From the NCBI GenBank assembly GCA_016190145.1, contig JACPRD010000130.1, forward strand, positions 6,528 through 70,527: a DNA stretch of 64,000 nt, in the 5' to 3' direction. Each line of letters begins with the position of its first letter. Position 1 is the stretch's first letter. The position numbers and the translations under genes were made by a program. The stretch comes from Planctomycetota bacterium. GTDB taxonomy: Bacteria; Planctomycetota; MHYJ01; WSZJ01. Positions 28,763 to 37,863 of this stretch are shown in pieces. The notes beneath the pieces are model-generated. The model searched no databases. It was not told the DNA's origin and saw only the letters and a list, made by a program, of their open reading frames with translations.

Positions 28763-29644
28763 TTATTTCGCGCGCTCGATCGTCAGCGTCCCGCCCATGT
28801 CCATGTCGATGTCCAGCTCGAACTCCTGCCCGTTCGCCTCCGCCGTCCGCTTGCCCTTCATCCCGGCGTCGATCTTCATCGTCCCGGTCGGCTCCGTCGC
28901 GTCGATGCAGACGTCGAGCGTCAGCTTGAACTTCAGCTTGAGCGGCTTGTTCAGCTGAACCGGACCCATCTTCTCCGCCACCAGCTCGATCTCGCCCTCG
29001 ATCTTCCCGAACTGCGCCCCGCCGCGCTTCTCGACGGAGATCAGCGTCATCGAACCCTTCGATTTCTCCAGATCGAACGACTCCTCGTCGTCCATCATCC
29101 CGGAGGCGAATTTCTTCGGATCCAGGTCCCAGGACTCTCCGACCTTCACGGGCTTGCCGGGAGAAAGAGCCTCCTCGACCCCGGGCTCCCCCTCCTTCTT
29201 GTTCTTCTTTTTGCTCAGCGCGTCCTTCACGCCGGCCACGTCCTCTTCCGCGAGCTCCGACCCGTCCTCGTACGTGAATTCCCAGCCGTCTTCGCCTTTC
29301 TTCCCGAGGACGGTCTTGCCCTTGAAGGCGTAGTCCGTATCTTCGCCTTCGACTTCGTGCGTGGCTTCCTGGAACGTGTACTTGCCTTCCGAGACGTCGT
29401 CCCCGGCGACCTTGACGACCTCTTCCGTGTACTGGAACGACTTCTTCTCCTTCTGATCCTGTTCCTGGACGACGGCGCCGCCGGAGGAGACCGTCATCTT
29501 CATCGCCATCTTTTCCTTACTTGTATGGTTCGTCTTGTCGCCAACCTTTGGAGTGTATTTCAATTTCAGGTCGTAGGTTTCGTCGGCGCGGACGGCGGTC
29601 GCGAGCACGAACGCGAAGGCGAGCGAAGTCACGAGCGTCTTCAT
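28763..29644 (-). CDS. secreted Lys/Glu-rich protein, unknown function
   Basis: 293-aa ORF with signal peptide MKTLVTSLAFAFVLATAVRA. Confidence 0.55.
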   Translation of the reverse strand: MKTLVTSLAFAFVLATAVRADETYDLKLKYTPKVGDKTNHTSKEKMAMKMTVSSGGAVVQEQDQKEKKSFQYTEEVVKVAGDDVSEGKYTFQEATHEVEGEDTDYAFKGKTVLGKKGEDGWEFTYEDGSELAEEDVAGVKDALSKKKNKKEGEPGVEEALSPGKPVKVGESWDLDPKKFASGMMDDEESFDLEKSKGSMTLISVEKRGGAQFGKIEGEIELVAEKMGPVQLNKPLKLKFKLTLDVCIDATEPTGTMKIDAGMKGKRTAEANGQEFELDIDMDMGGTLTIERAK

Positions 29645-29713
29645 AGAACTCCTCTGTCAAAGGGTTTATGGGCGCTGTGTGGAAGCCGCGGATTGTAGCA
29701 GAACCCGAAGAAT

Positions 29714-31339
29714 CTACTTCGGACGGGTGATTTTCCAGCGCAGGAGCCCGTCGCCGGGTGCGCCGAAGGCGCCGACGACCATGCGGCCGGTCACCAGCTC
29801 ATCGGCGCCGTCCCCGTCGAGGTCCGCGGCGTCGAGCGTGATGAGGTGGGAAGGGGAAGCGGGGACGTCGTGGCGGGCAAAATTCTGCGCGCCGTCGTTC
29901 TCGTACCAGAGGAGACCGGCGGCGCCGGGATCGGACCAGGGGCCGAACAGCACCGCGACCGCCACGTCCAGGTCGCCGTCGCCGTCGAGATCGCTCGCCA
30001 CCGCGCGGTACGGGCCGTAGCACCGCCCGATCTCGCGCCACTCGAACGCCAGCTTCCCCTTGTTCTCCAGCCACTGCACCCCGTGGTAGGGCCGCGGCGG
30101 CGCCTGGGGGTCGTCGAGGGAGTCGCCGTTGGTGAAGAGAACGTCCAGGTCGCCGTCGCGGTCGAGGTCGACGAGTTCGAGGCCGGAGGATCCGTAGAGA
30201 GGATTGCGGGCTTCGAAGAGCGTGACCGGCTCGAAGGTGCTGCCGCGGTTTAGCCAGGCGGTGATCGTCTCGGACTCCTGCGCGACGAGCGCGACGAAGT
30301 CGGGGCGCCCGTCGGCATCGAGGTCCGCGACCGGCACGTGGATCGCTCCGGGCCGCTCGGAGACCGTCAGGCGCGTCCAGGTCGCGCCGTCGTTGCGCCA
30401 TACGGCGATGAATCCCGTCTTCCGCCACCCGAACGCCGCCACGACGTAGTCCATGTCGCCGTCGCCGTCGAAGTCCGCGGGCTCCACGTCCGCGACGCGG
30501 GGCAGGCCCTGGGCCAGGTCGCGGCGGGTCCAGCGCCCTCCGCCCTCGTTGACGAGAATCGACACGTATCCGGTGGGGTCGTCGGAGGGCGCGTAGTTCC
30601 CGAGCCCGGCGACGGCCACATCGAGGTCGCCGTCGCGGTCCGCGTCGACGACGGCCGTATGCCCCGCCGCCGGGCACTCCGCGAGCACGTCTTCCGCCCA
30701 CGCCTCGCCCGTCCGGCGGAACCGCAGCACCGCGTTGGCCCCGCCGTCGCAGACGAGCAGCTCCGGCGCCCCGTCGCCGTCGAGATCCGCGACGTTCACG
30801 TTCGCGACGCGGGCTTCCAGCGGCCGCTTCCCCACGGCCTGTCGCGCGAACGCGGGTGCCCCGGGCGACTCCGCGGCGGGAAGCGGCGCGAACTGTTCCG
30901 GCGCATTCTCCACGTAAAACGCCCGGATTCTGCGGAACAGAATTTCGTCCGGCGACTTGCCGGCGGTCTTGAGAATGTCGGTCATCTCGCCCATCACCCG
31001 GTCCCATTCGCGCGCCCGAAGGCTGTGGGGGGCGGGGACCGCGTGGCACTCGCCGCACGCAGCCTTGAGCTCGACGGGTCCGGCGCTGAAGACGTGGTAC
31101 CAGTTGTCGCCGAAACGCCAGCCGCGGGCGGGGTCGTAGTCCGGGCGCGGCCCGTTGGGGTGCAGAATAGAAGGGTCCTCCGTGGGGGGCGGCTGGCGGC
31201 TGACGGCCCGGTCGAAAGGAATCGGCGCCGGAAGGCCCGTCCCTCGCCGCACCCGCGCGGGAGTCACCGCCTGGTAGAGCAGGAACCCGATGCCGAGCAG
31301 CGCCAGGATTCCCCCCGCCACCGCCGTGCGCGTCCGCAT
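29714..31339 (-). CDS. membrane-anchored FG-GAP/VCBS repeat protein with N-terminal CxxCH motif
   Basis: ORF 29714..31402; likely start ATG 31339 (MRTRTAVAGGILALLGIGFLL). CGECH heme-binding-type motif. Repeated DxDGDGxxD FG-GAP calcium-loop motifs. Confidence 0.7.
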   Translation of the reverse strand: MRTRTAVAGGILALLGIGFLLYQAVTPARVRRGTGLPAPIPFDRAVSRQPPPTEDPSILHPNGPRPDYDPARGWRFGDNWYHVFSAGPVELKAACGECHAVPAPHSLRAREWDRVMGEMTDILKTAGKSPDEILFRRIRAFYVENAPEQFAPLPAAESPGAPAFARQAVGKRPLEARVANVNVADLDGDGAPELLVCDGGANAVLRFRRTGEAWAEDVLAECPAAGHTAVVDADRDGDLDVAVAGLGNYAPSDDPTGYVSILVNEGGGRWTRRDLAQGLPRVADVEPADFDGDGDMDYVVAAFGWRKTGFIAVWRNDGATWTRLTVSERPGAIHVPVADLDADGRPDFVALVAQESETITAWLNRGSTFEPVTLFEARNPLYGSSGLELVDLDRDGDLDVLFTNGDSLDDPQAPPRPYHGVQWLENKGKLAFEWREIGRCYGPYRAVASDLDGDGDLDVAVAVLFGPWSDPGAAGLLWYENDGAQNFARHDVPASPSHLITLDAADLDGDGADELVTGRMVVGAFGAPGDGLLRWKITRPK

Positions 31340-31420
31340 CGGCGAAGTGTACCGCCCTTCATGAAACAGGGGAGGGCCGGTTTGGCCCTCCCCTGGAGAC
31401 ATTCCCCATCGTCCCGACAG

Positions 31421-33757
31421 CTACCCCGCGTGAACCTGCTCCGCCTCCGGCACGTGCCTCGCCTGCCACGCCTGGATCGACATCCGCACCTCGCGCGGCT
31501 TCGATCCCACCTGCGGACCTACGATCCCCGCCTTCTCGAGCGCGTCCATCAGCTTGCCCGCGCGGCTGAACCCGATCTCCAGCTTCCGCTGAAGCAGGCT
31601 GACCGACCCGCGCTGCTCGCCGATCGTGATCTCGGCGGCCTTCTCGAACAACGGGTCGTCGCAGGGACCGCCATCGCCGTCCTCGCCGCCCGACGGCGCC
31701 TCGTTGATCTGGATCAGCTCGGCATCGAAGGTCGCCGCGCCGCCCTTCTCCTTGAGCCAGCTGATGACGTTCTTCGCCTCGTCGTCCGTCACCCACGTGC
31801 ACTGCCCGCGCTGAAGCTGCATGCACCCGTTGATCATGAGCAGCATGTCGCCCTTGCCCAGAAGCTTCTCCGCGCCCTGCTGGTCGAGAATCGTCCGGCT
31901 GTCCACCATCGCCGATACCTTGAAGGAAATCCGGCTCGGCATGTTCGACTTGATGAGCCCCGTGATCACGTCCACCGACGGCCGCTGAGTCGCCAGCACC
32001 ATGTGGATCCCCACCGCCCGCGACTTCTGCGACAGCCTCGTGATCGCCGCCTCCACTTCCTTCGCCGAAACCATCATCAGATCCGCCAGCTCGTCGATGA
32101 TCACCACGATGTACGGAAGATGCGTCGGCACATCCGGCGGCTCCTCCCCGTCCACCTGCAGCTTCTCCATGATCTTCTTCTCGCCCAGCCCGTTGAACTG
32201 CTCGATCTTCTTCACCCCGACCGAGGCGAACAGCGAGTACCGTTCCTCCATCTGCCGCACCACCCAGTCGAGCACGATCGGCGCACGCTTCATGTCCACC
32301 ACCACCGGCGACATCAGGTGCGGGATGTCCTTGAACGCCGAGAGTTCGACCATCTTCGGGTCAACCAGGATCAGCTTCAGATCCTCGCTCGTCCGCGTGA
32401 GCAGCATCGACAGGATCATCGTCGTCAGACACACGCTCTTCCCGGACCCCGTCGTCCCCGCCACCAGCAGGTGCGGCATCTCCTGCATGTCGCAGACGAT
32501 CGGCTTGCCCGTCGCGCCCTCGCCGAAGAAAAGCGGCAGGTGCATCTTCCGCCACGAGTCCTCGTGGCTCGTGATCAGGTTCCGCAGGCGGACCTGCGTG
32601 GCGCGGGGGTTCGGGACCTCGATGCCGATCGTGGTTTTGTTGGGAAGGGGATACACGATGCGGATCGTCGGGACGGCGAGGTGGATGGCGAGGTCGGAGG
32701 CCAGCCCGATGATCTTGGCGACCCGCGTGCCGGGCGCGAGCTCGAGTTCGTAGCAGGTGACGACCGGGCCGGCCTCGTAGGCGAGGACCTTGGCCTGGAC
32801 TTCGAAGGCGAGGAGGGCGTTCTGAAGTGCGACCATGCGGGCGTCGTGGTTGATCTCAGCGGGTTCGACGACGACCTCGTCGAGAAGGGTGAGCGGAGGA
32901 AGCTCGGGATTCGGCTTGTGGATGACCTTTTTCGGCTCGGGGCGCGGCTCGGCCTTCTGGACGGGCGCGAGGGCGAAGGCCGCGGCCGGCGCCGCCGGCT
33001 TCGGAGCCGCAAACGCCGGTTCCCCTTCGATATCGTCGGCGACGACCTCCCCCAGGATCGGCTTCGCCTCGCGCCGCGGCGCCGCGGCCTCCGCCGCCTT
33101 CGCGACCGCCGCTTCGCGCCGGAACATCCCGCGCAGGCGCTCCGCCAGGCCGCTCCACGAAACGCGTCCCCAGGTCTGGTCGAACGACCCCTCGAGGGCC
33201 TTCGTTCCGCGGAGGAGGAAGGTGAGGAGCAGCCAGTCCGTGGCGATGAGCGCGCTGGTGCAGAGCGCGAAGATCACGGCCATCACGGCGCCGGCCGTGC
33301 CGAGGTTGCTCCTGAGGGCGCGGGCGCCGGCCTCGCCGTAGAGCCCGCCGAGCGACGTCATGGTGTTGTGCCAGCGCGAGTCGGCGGCGACCACCGGCAT
33401 CGCGAGCGAGGCGAGGATCGCGGTCGAAAGCACCACGACCGCCGCCCCGAAGAACTTGAAGAACGGGTCGCTCGTGCGTTTCCGCACGAACATCACGCCG
33501 CCCCACGTGCCCGCGAGCGCGGCGATGAGCCAGGAGACGACGCCGAAATGCAGGTAGAGGAACCACGACAGCGCGGCCCCGGCTTTAGACCCGCGGTTGA
33601 CGATTTCGGCGTTCGGCGGCCACACCATGCCGCCCCAGTCGCCGGGGTCGTGCGAGGCGAGCGCGACGAGCGTGAAGGCGGAGCCGAAGAGGGCGGCGAT
33701 GCCGGCCCATTCGCAGATCTGTTCGGTTTTCGTGGACGGCGTGTCGGTCTTGGCCAT
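31421..33757 (-). CDS. ftsK: DNA translocase FtsK/SpoIIIE
   Basis: ORF 31421..33874 trimmed to ATG 33757, preceded by GGAGG. N-terminal TM helices. Walker A GTTGSGKS. C-terminal winged-helix gamma domain (...GSVSLLQRKLEIGFSRAGKLMDALE...). Confidence 0.85.
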   Translation of the reverse strand: MAKTDTPSTKTEQICEWAGIAALFGSAFTLVALASHDPGDWGGMVWPPNAEIVNRGSKAGAALSWFLYLHFGVVSWLIAALAGTWGGVMFVRKRTSDPFFKFFGAAVVVLSTAILASLAMPVVAADSRWHNTMTSLGGLYGEAGARALRSNLGTAGAVMAVIFALCTSALIATDWLLLTFLLRGTKALEGSFDQTWGRVSWSGLAERLRGMFRREAAVAKAAEAAAPRREAKPILGEVVADDIEGEPAFAAPKPAAPAAAFALAPVQKAEPRPEPKKVIHKPNPELPPLTLLDEVVVEPAEINHDARMVALQNALLAFEVQAKVLAYEAGPVVTCYELELAPGTRVAKIIGLASDLAIHLAVPTIRIVYPLPNKTTIGIEVPNPRATQVRLRNLITSHEDSWRKMHLPLFFGEGATGKPIVCDMQEMPHLLVAGTTGSGKSVCLTTMILSMLLTRTSEDLKLILVDPKMVELSAFKDIPHLMSPVVVDMKRAPIVLDWVVRQMEERYSLFASVGVKKIEQFNGLGEKKIMEKLQVDGEEPPDVPTHLPYIVVIIDELADLMMVSAKEVEAAITRLSQKSRAVGIHMVLATQRPSVDVITGLIKSNMPSRISFKVSAMVDSRTILDQQGAEKLLGKGDMLLMINGCMQLQRGQCTWVTDDEAKNVISWLKEKGGAATFDAELIQINEAPSGGEDGDGGPCDDPLFEKAAEITIGEQRGSVSLLQRKLEIGFSRAGKLMDALEKAGIVGPQVGSKPREVRMSIQAWQARHVPEAEQVHAG

Positions 33758-33894
33758 GGAGCCTCCGGAGGCACGGGACACAGAGAGTCTTCCGCCTTCT
33801 TTTTCGGCTGGAGAAGGGGCCGGGGCTGAGGAGAATTGGAACCCGGGGCGGCGGGGAGCGTCCAACAGGGGCACATATAAGGAAGGAGCGTCGC

Positions 33895-34605
33895 ATGAAC
33901 CGGGTGCTGTGTGTCGTGGTCGCGGCGGCCGTGGCGGCGGCCTGGGCCGGGGCGGAAGACGAGCCGGAGGGGAAGCCGATGCGCGAGCCGGCGCCCGTCT
34001 GCACGTGCGGCGGATGCCGCGGCATGGCGGAAACGACCGACACCCGCCAGTGCGAGCGCTGCGACGGGTGGACCTCGACCGGAGCCCACCCGATCTGCTC
34101 CGCCTGCGCGCACGCGCTCGACCTGTGCCAGCACTGCGGGAAAACCCTTCCCGTGACGGGCCCCATGATGATCCTGCGCGGACGGATCTCGCTGGTGGAC
34201 AAGCAGCCGGAAAAGGACCTGCGCTACTACGTGATCGAGACGGAAGGGGGCGGGAACCAGGGAGTCTACCTGGACCCGAACCGCCCGATCGGGTGCGAGG
34301 CGTCGGGAAGGGTCCTCGTGCGGGCGATGGACGACGGCGGAAAGGGCGCGCGCGTGCTCGTCAGGGAGATGTTCGCGCTGGGGCCGCTGGGTGACGATAA
34401 GGAGGTGAAGGTCAAGAGCGACGTCGAGGTGTGCTGGCGCGCCGGCGGGATCGTCGGGCCCGCAATCGCCCCGAAGGACGGCGAGTGCGCTCTGACGCTG
34501 CCCGCGGTGAAGATCGGGAAGATCTACGTCATGGCGGGTCGGAAGATCCTGAAGACGTACGTCTACGACCTCGGAACGTGGACGGAGGAGGCCTCAGGAA
34601 AGTAG
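33895..34605 (+). CDS. secreted multi-CxxC protein, unknown function
   Basis: 236-aa ORF. Signal peptide MNRVLCVVVAAAVAAAWAGA, then CTCGGC, CERC, CSAC and CQHC motifs. Confidence 0.5.
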   Translation: MNRVLCVVVAAAVAAAWAGAEDEPEGKPMREPAPVCTCGGCRGMAETTDTRQCERCDGWTSTGAHPICSACAHALDLCQHCGKTLPVTGPMMILRGRISLVDKQPEKDLRYYVIETEGGGNQGVYLDPNRPIGCEASGRVLVRAMDDGGKGARVLVREMFALGPLGDDKEVKVKSDVEVCWRAGGIVGPAIAPKDGECALTLPAVKIGKIYVMAGRKILKTYVYDLGTWTEEASGK

Positions 34606-34637
34606 GCGCCGCGCCGGTCCTTCCATAGAATTCCGGC

Positions 34638-35129
34638 ATGTCCCGCCTCCTCGGGTATCTCCGCAGCCTCAAACGCCCGCCGGCCCCCGGCCGCGTCGCC
34701 GCGACCGCCGAGGCGGTCGAGGGATTCGAGGGCGCCGAGCGCGTGTGGTCGATCCCCTGGACCGGCATCCGCCGCGTCGGCTACGTCCGCGAAGAATCCG
34801 GGCTCGAAAACGACGAGGACCGCTTCCTGGCCCTGCACGCCGCCGAAATGCTCACGCTGATCTCCCTCGCAGCCGAGGGCGCGGCCTCGCTCTCGCGCCG
34901 AATCCCCCTGAAATTCTCCTGCGTTTTCGGCGAGAAAGGGGATCTCGGGCACGTCACGGCGGACGACTCGGTCATCGTCTGGCCGCCGGAGGAGGCGGGG
35001 AAGGACCTGTTCGCCACGATCGGCGCGGTTCCGCTTCGGTTCCTGGTCCGGACCGAGTGGGGATTCAAGGCGCAGGGGCCGAAGAAGATCGAGGGGACGG
35101 AGCTGATCGACCCGAAGGACAAACTCTGA
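34638..35129 (+). CDS. hypothetical protein
   Basis: 163-aa ORF with high GC3 and no recognisable motif. Confidence 0.4.
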   Translation: MSRLLGYLRSLKRPPAPGRVAATAEAVEGFEGAERVWSIPWTGIRRVGYVREESGLENDEDRFLALHAAEMLTLISLAAEGAASLSRRIPLKFSCVFGEKGDLGHVTADDSVIVWPPEEAGKDLFATIGAVPLRFLVRTEWGFKAQGPKKIEGTELIDPKDKL

Positions 35130-35130
35130 T

Positions 35131-35814
35131 TTAGTCGTCGAGCACGTCCTCCCCGCGCCAGTAGGCCGCTCCGGGGCCTCCCGCCCCCCCGGGATCGAGC
35201 GCGAGGAACGCGTCCATCAGCGCGGGATCGTCGAAGATTGCCAGGTCATGCTCCATCGCGAACGCCGCCCCCTCGAGAAGCTTCGCAAATCCCGAAAAGA
35301 CCACCGGCGAGACCTGCTCCTCGTCCGCGTCCCAGAAAACCACCGGCGGCTCGGGGTGCCGTTCCCTCAGGTCGAGGCAGAGCGGTCCCGCATCTCGCAG
35401 CCCCTCGTCCCCGATCGGGAAAAGCTGCCGGGTGCGGATCATCGGCACTTCCCATTCGAGCAGCTCCTCCAGGTCCGCGAACGGCTTGTTCGACGGCGAG
35501 ACCGCAAGCCGGAGAAGACCGCAATCCAGCGACAGCGTGTGACGCGCGAGAAACCAGGTCCGGAACGAATCGGGAAGCCGCACGCCGTGCGCGTCCTCCC
35601 ACTGCCGGAAGGCGGGAAGCGAGACGCCCCCCGGGATCAGCTTCCACGACGTCCAGGGCGGCGTGACGGGGGCGTCCCCGAGCATGGCCGAAGGAAAATC
35701 CTGCGCCCGGGGAATGCGAAGCCGGTCCGGGTCGCGCTCGAAAGCGGCGTAGAACCGATCGATGAGTTCCTGCACGCGGGCAGGATATCGCGGGAGCCCC
35801 GCGGCGGCGACCAT
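35131..35814 (-). CDS. SMI1/KNR4 (SUKH-1) family protein
   Basis: ORF 35131..35880 trimmed to ATG 35814. The pattern ...LPAFRQWEDAHGVRLPDSFRTWF... ...FPIGDEG... resembles SUKH immunity-type domains (from memory; not searched). Confidence 0.5.
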   Translation of the reverse strand: MVAAAGLPRYPARVQELIDRFYAAFERDPDRLRIPRAQDFPSAMLGDAPVTPPWTSWKLIPGGVSLPAFRQWEDAHGVRLPDSFRTWFLARHTLSLDCGLLRLAVSPSNKPFADLEELLEWEVPMIRTRQLFPIGDEGLRDAGPLCLDLRERHPEPPVVFWDADEEQVSPVVFSGFAKLLEGAAFAMEHDLAIFDDPALMDAFLALDPGGAGGPGAAYWRGEDVLDD

Positions 35815-35845
35815 TCGAAGGGCCACGCCCCCCCTAGCGAGGCTG

Positions 35846-36487
35846 TCAGCAGGCCGGCTTCGCCGCCCCGCGCCGCGCACCCTCGATGAACTTCACGATC
35901 CGGTCCGAAAGACGCGCCTTGGTCATGCGGGGAAGCGGCTCTTCGCGTCCGTCCGGCGTGAGGAACGTCGGCCCGATCTCGCGCGACCCGAACGACTCCG
36001 GCGAATTCAGAACCACGAGGTCGAGGTTCTTGCGGCGGAGCTTCTCCGCCGCGTTCTCGAGACCGCAGCGGACCTCGAGCGCGAACCCGACGAGCACCCG
36101 CCGGCCCTTCGACTTCCCGCAGGTCGCGAGGATGTCGGGGTTCCGGACGAGTTTGAGGGCCATCCGCTTCGGCCCCTTCTTGATCTTGTCGTCCACCACC
36201 CGCTCGGGCCTGTAGTCGCTCACCGCGGCGCTGCCGATCATCGCGTCGCAGGCTCCGTACGCGCGCTTAACCGCCCCGGCCATTTCGACCGCGCACACGA
36301 CGCGCACGACGCGGACGCCGGGGGGGTCGGGAAGCACCGTCGGCCCGGTGACGAGGGTGACCTGGTGGCCGCGCCGGCGCGCGGCGCGGGCGAGTTCCAT
36401 GCCCATGCGTCCCGTGGAGGGGTTGGTCAGGCAGCGGACGCGGTCGAGGTACTCGTGGGTGGGGCCTCCCGTGATCAGCACCCTCAT
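35846..36487 (-). CDS. coaB: phosphopantothenate-cysteine ligase (CoaB)
   Basis: C-terminal part of ORF 35846..37003 from ATG 36487 (MRVLITGGPTHEYLDRVRCLTNPSTGRMG...AVSDYRP...). ATGA overlap with the coaC stop. Confidence 0.75.
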   Translation of the reverse strand: MRVLITGGPTHEYLDRVRCLTNPSTGRMGMELARAARRRGHQVTLVTGPTVLPDPPGVRVVRVVCAVEMAGAVKRAYGACDAMIGSAAVSDYRPERVVDDKIKKGPKRMALKLVRNPDILATCGKSKGRRVLVGFALEVRCGLENAAEKLRRKNLDLVVLNSPESFGSREIGPTFLTPDGREEPLPRMTKARLSDRIVKFIEGARRGAAKPAC

Positions 36488-37059
36488 CCCTTCTGCCCCT
36501 CCGCAAACTTCCGCCCCTCGCCCGGTCCGAGAAACTTTTCCACGGCCGCGACGATCACCTCGGGCGCCGGCAGCCGCCCGGCCCCGACGCGGTCGCAGGC
36601 GAGGTACCCGACGTCCGGCGCCACGCACATCGCCCCCCGCGAGCCGAGCGCCGCGAGATTCGTGCGGACCGTCGGATGGTTCCACATGTTGTCGTTCATC
36701 GAGGGCGCGATCATGACCGGCGCCTTGAGCGCCAGCACGCACGTGGTGAGCAGGTCGTCGGCGATCCCCACGGCCATCTTCGCGATCACGTCCGCCGTCG
36801 CCGGCGCGATCAGCAGCAGGTCCGCATGGTCCGCCAGGTAGATGTGCGACGGATCGTACGACCCCTCGTCGAACAGGTCCGTGTACACCTTCCGGTGCGA
36901 CAGCGTCTGGAACGTGAACGGCGTCACGAACTTCTGCGCCGCCCGCGTCATGATCACCGTGACGTCGAATCCCCGCTGGTACAGCAGGGAAACCACGTCG
37001 CACACCTTGTAAGCCGCGATGCCTCCGGTGACGCCGATCACGACGCGCTTCATGCTCAC
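36484..37059 (-). CDS. coaC: phosphopantothenoylcysteine decarboxylase flavoprotein (CoaC)
   Basis: 191-aa ORF: VVIGVTGGIAAYK...LLIAPATADVIAKMAVGIADDLL...PSMNDNMW. Confidence 0.8.
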   Translation of the reverse strand: MSMKRVVIGVTGGIAAYKVCDVVSLLYQRGFDVTVIMTRAAQKFVTPFTFQTLSHRKVYTDLFDEGSYDPSHIYLADHADLLLIAPATADVIAKMAVGIADDLLTTCVLALKAPVMIAPSMNDNMWNHPTVRTNLAALGSRGAMCVAPDVGYLACDRVGAGRLPAPEVIVAAVEKFLGPGEGRKFAEGQKG

Positions 37060-37268
37060 CCCTGCAGCAACTGCTGCTTCAGCTCCTCCTCCGTCACCAG
37101 CGCGATCTTGTCCTGGAGAATCTCCTCCAGCACGACCTCGATCATCGGCCGGCCCGGAAGCTCCACCAGCGCCGGAGCCCCCTTGTTCAGCTCCTGAAGA
37201 CGCTTCTGGATCAGCGTCGTCAACTTGAAGCGACCCCCGGCCTTCCGGATCGCGTCCTCGATCTTCAT
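37056..37268 (-). CDS. rpoZ: DNA-directed RNA polymerase subunit omega
   Basis: ORF 37056..37319 trimmed to ATG 37268 to avoid overlapping gmk. Small acidic protein in the conserved gmk-rpoZ-coaBC context (...GGRFKLTTLIQKRLQEL...). Confidence 0.6.
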   Translation of the reverse strand: MKIEDAIRKAGGRFKLTTLIQKRLQELNKGAPALVELPGRPMIEVVLEEILQDKIALVTEEELKQQLLQG

Positions 37269-37275
37269 CTTGTGC

Positions 37276-37863
37276 TCAATCACGTCGGCCTCCTTGAAGT
37301 TCACGGTCGAGGATGGCAAGGACCTCGGCGAGCGCGCGTTCCACGACGTCGTTGACCACCACGTGGTCGTAGAGGTCCTTCCGGTTCATTTCCTGCTCCG
37401 CCACCTTCATCCGCCGCTCGATGACCTCGGGGGCCATCGCGCCGCGTTTCTCCAGCCTCCTGCGCAGATCGTCGAGCGAGGGCGGCGCGAGAAAGACGTA
37501 AATCCCGTCCCACCCCAGCTTCCGGAGCTGCTCCACCCCCTGCACCTCGATCTCGAGCAGCGGGCAGTACCCTCTCTCCGTCTCGGCCTTCACGAACTCC
37601 TTCGGCGTGCCGTACAGGTTCCCCGCGTATTCCGCCCACTCCAGGAAACCGCCCCTCTCCCGCCTCGCGACGAAATCCTCCCTCGACAGGAAAAAGTAAT
37701 CGCGTCCGTGCACCTCGCCCGGCCGCGGAACGCGCGTCGTCGCCGACACCGACCGCACGATCCGCCCCCTCCCCCGCAGGGCGTGGCAGATCGTCGTCTT
37801 CCCGACCCCGCTGGGCCCGGAGATCACGATCAGCCGCCCCTTCGCTTCCCCGTTGCCCGTCAT
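37276..37863 (-). CDS. gmk: guanylate kinase
   Basis: 195-aa ORF: GRLIVISGPSGVGKTTI, TTRVPRPGEVHGRDYFF, EIEVQG. Confidence 0.85.
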   Translation of the reverse strand: MTGNGEAKGRLIVISGPSGVGKTTICHALRGRGRIVRSVSATTRVPRPGEVHGRDYFFLSREDFVARRERGGFLEWAEYAGNLYGTPKEFVKAETERGYCPLLEIEVQGVEQLRKLGWDGIYVFLAPPSLDDLRRRLEKRGAMAPEVIERRMKVAEQEMNRKDLYDHVVVNDVVERALAEVLAILDRELQGGRRD

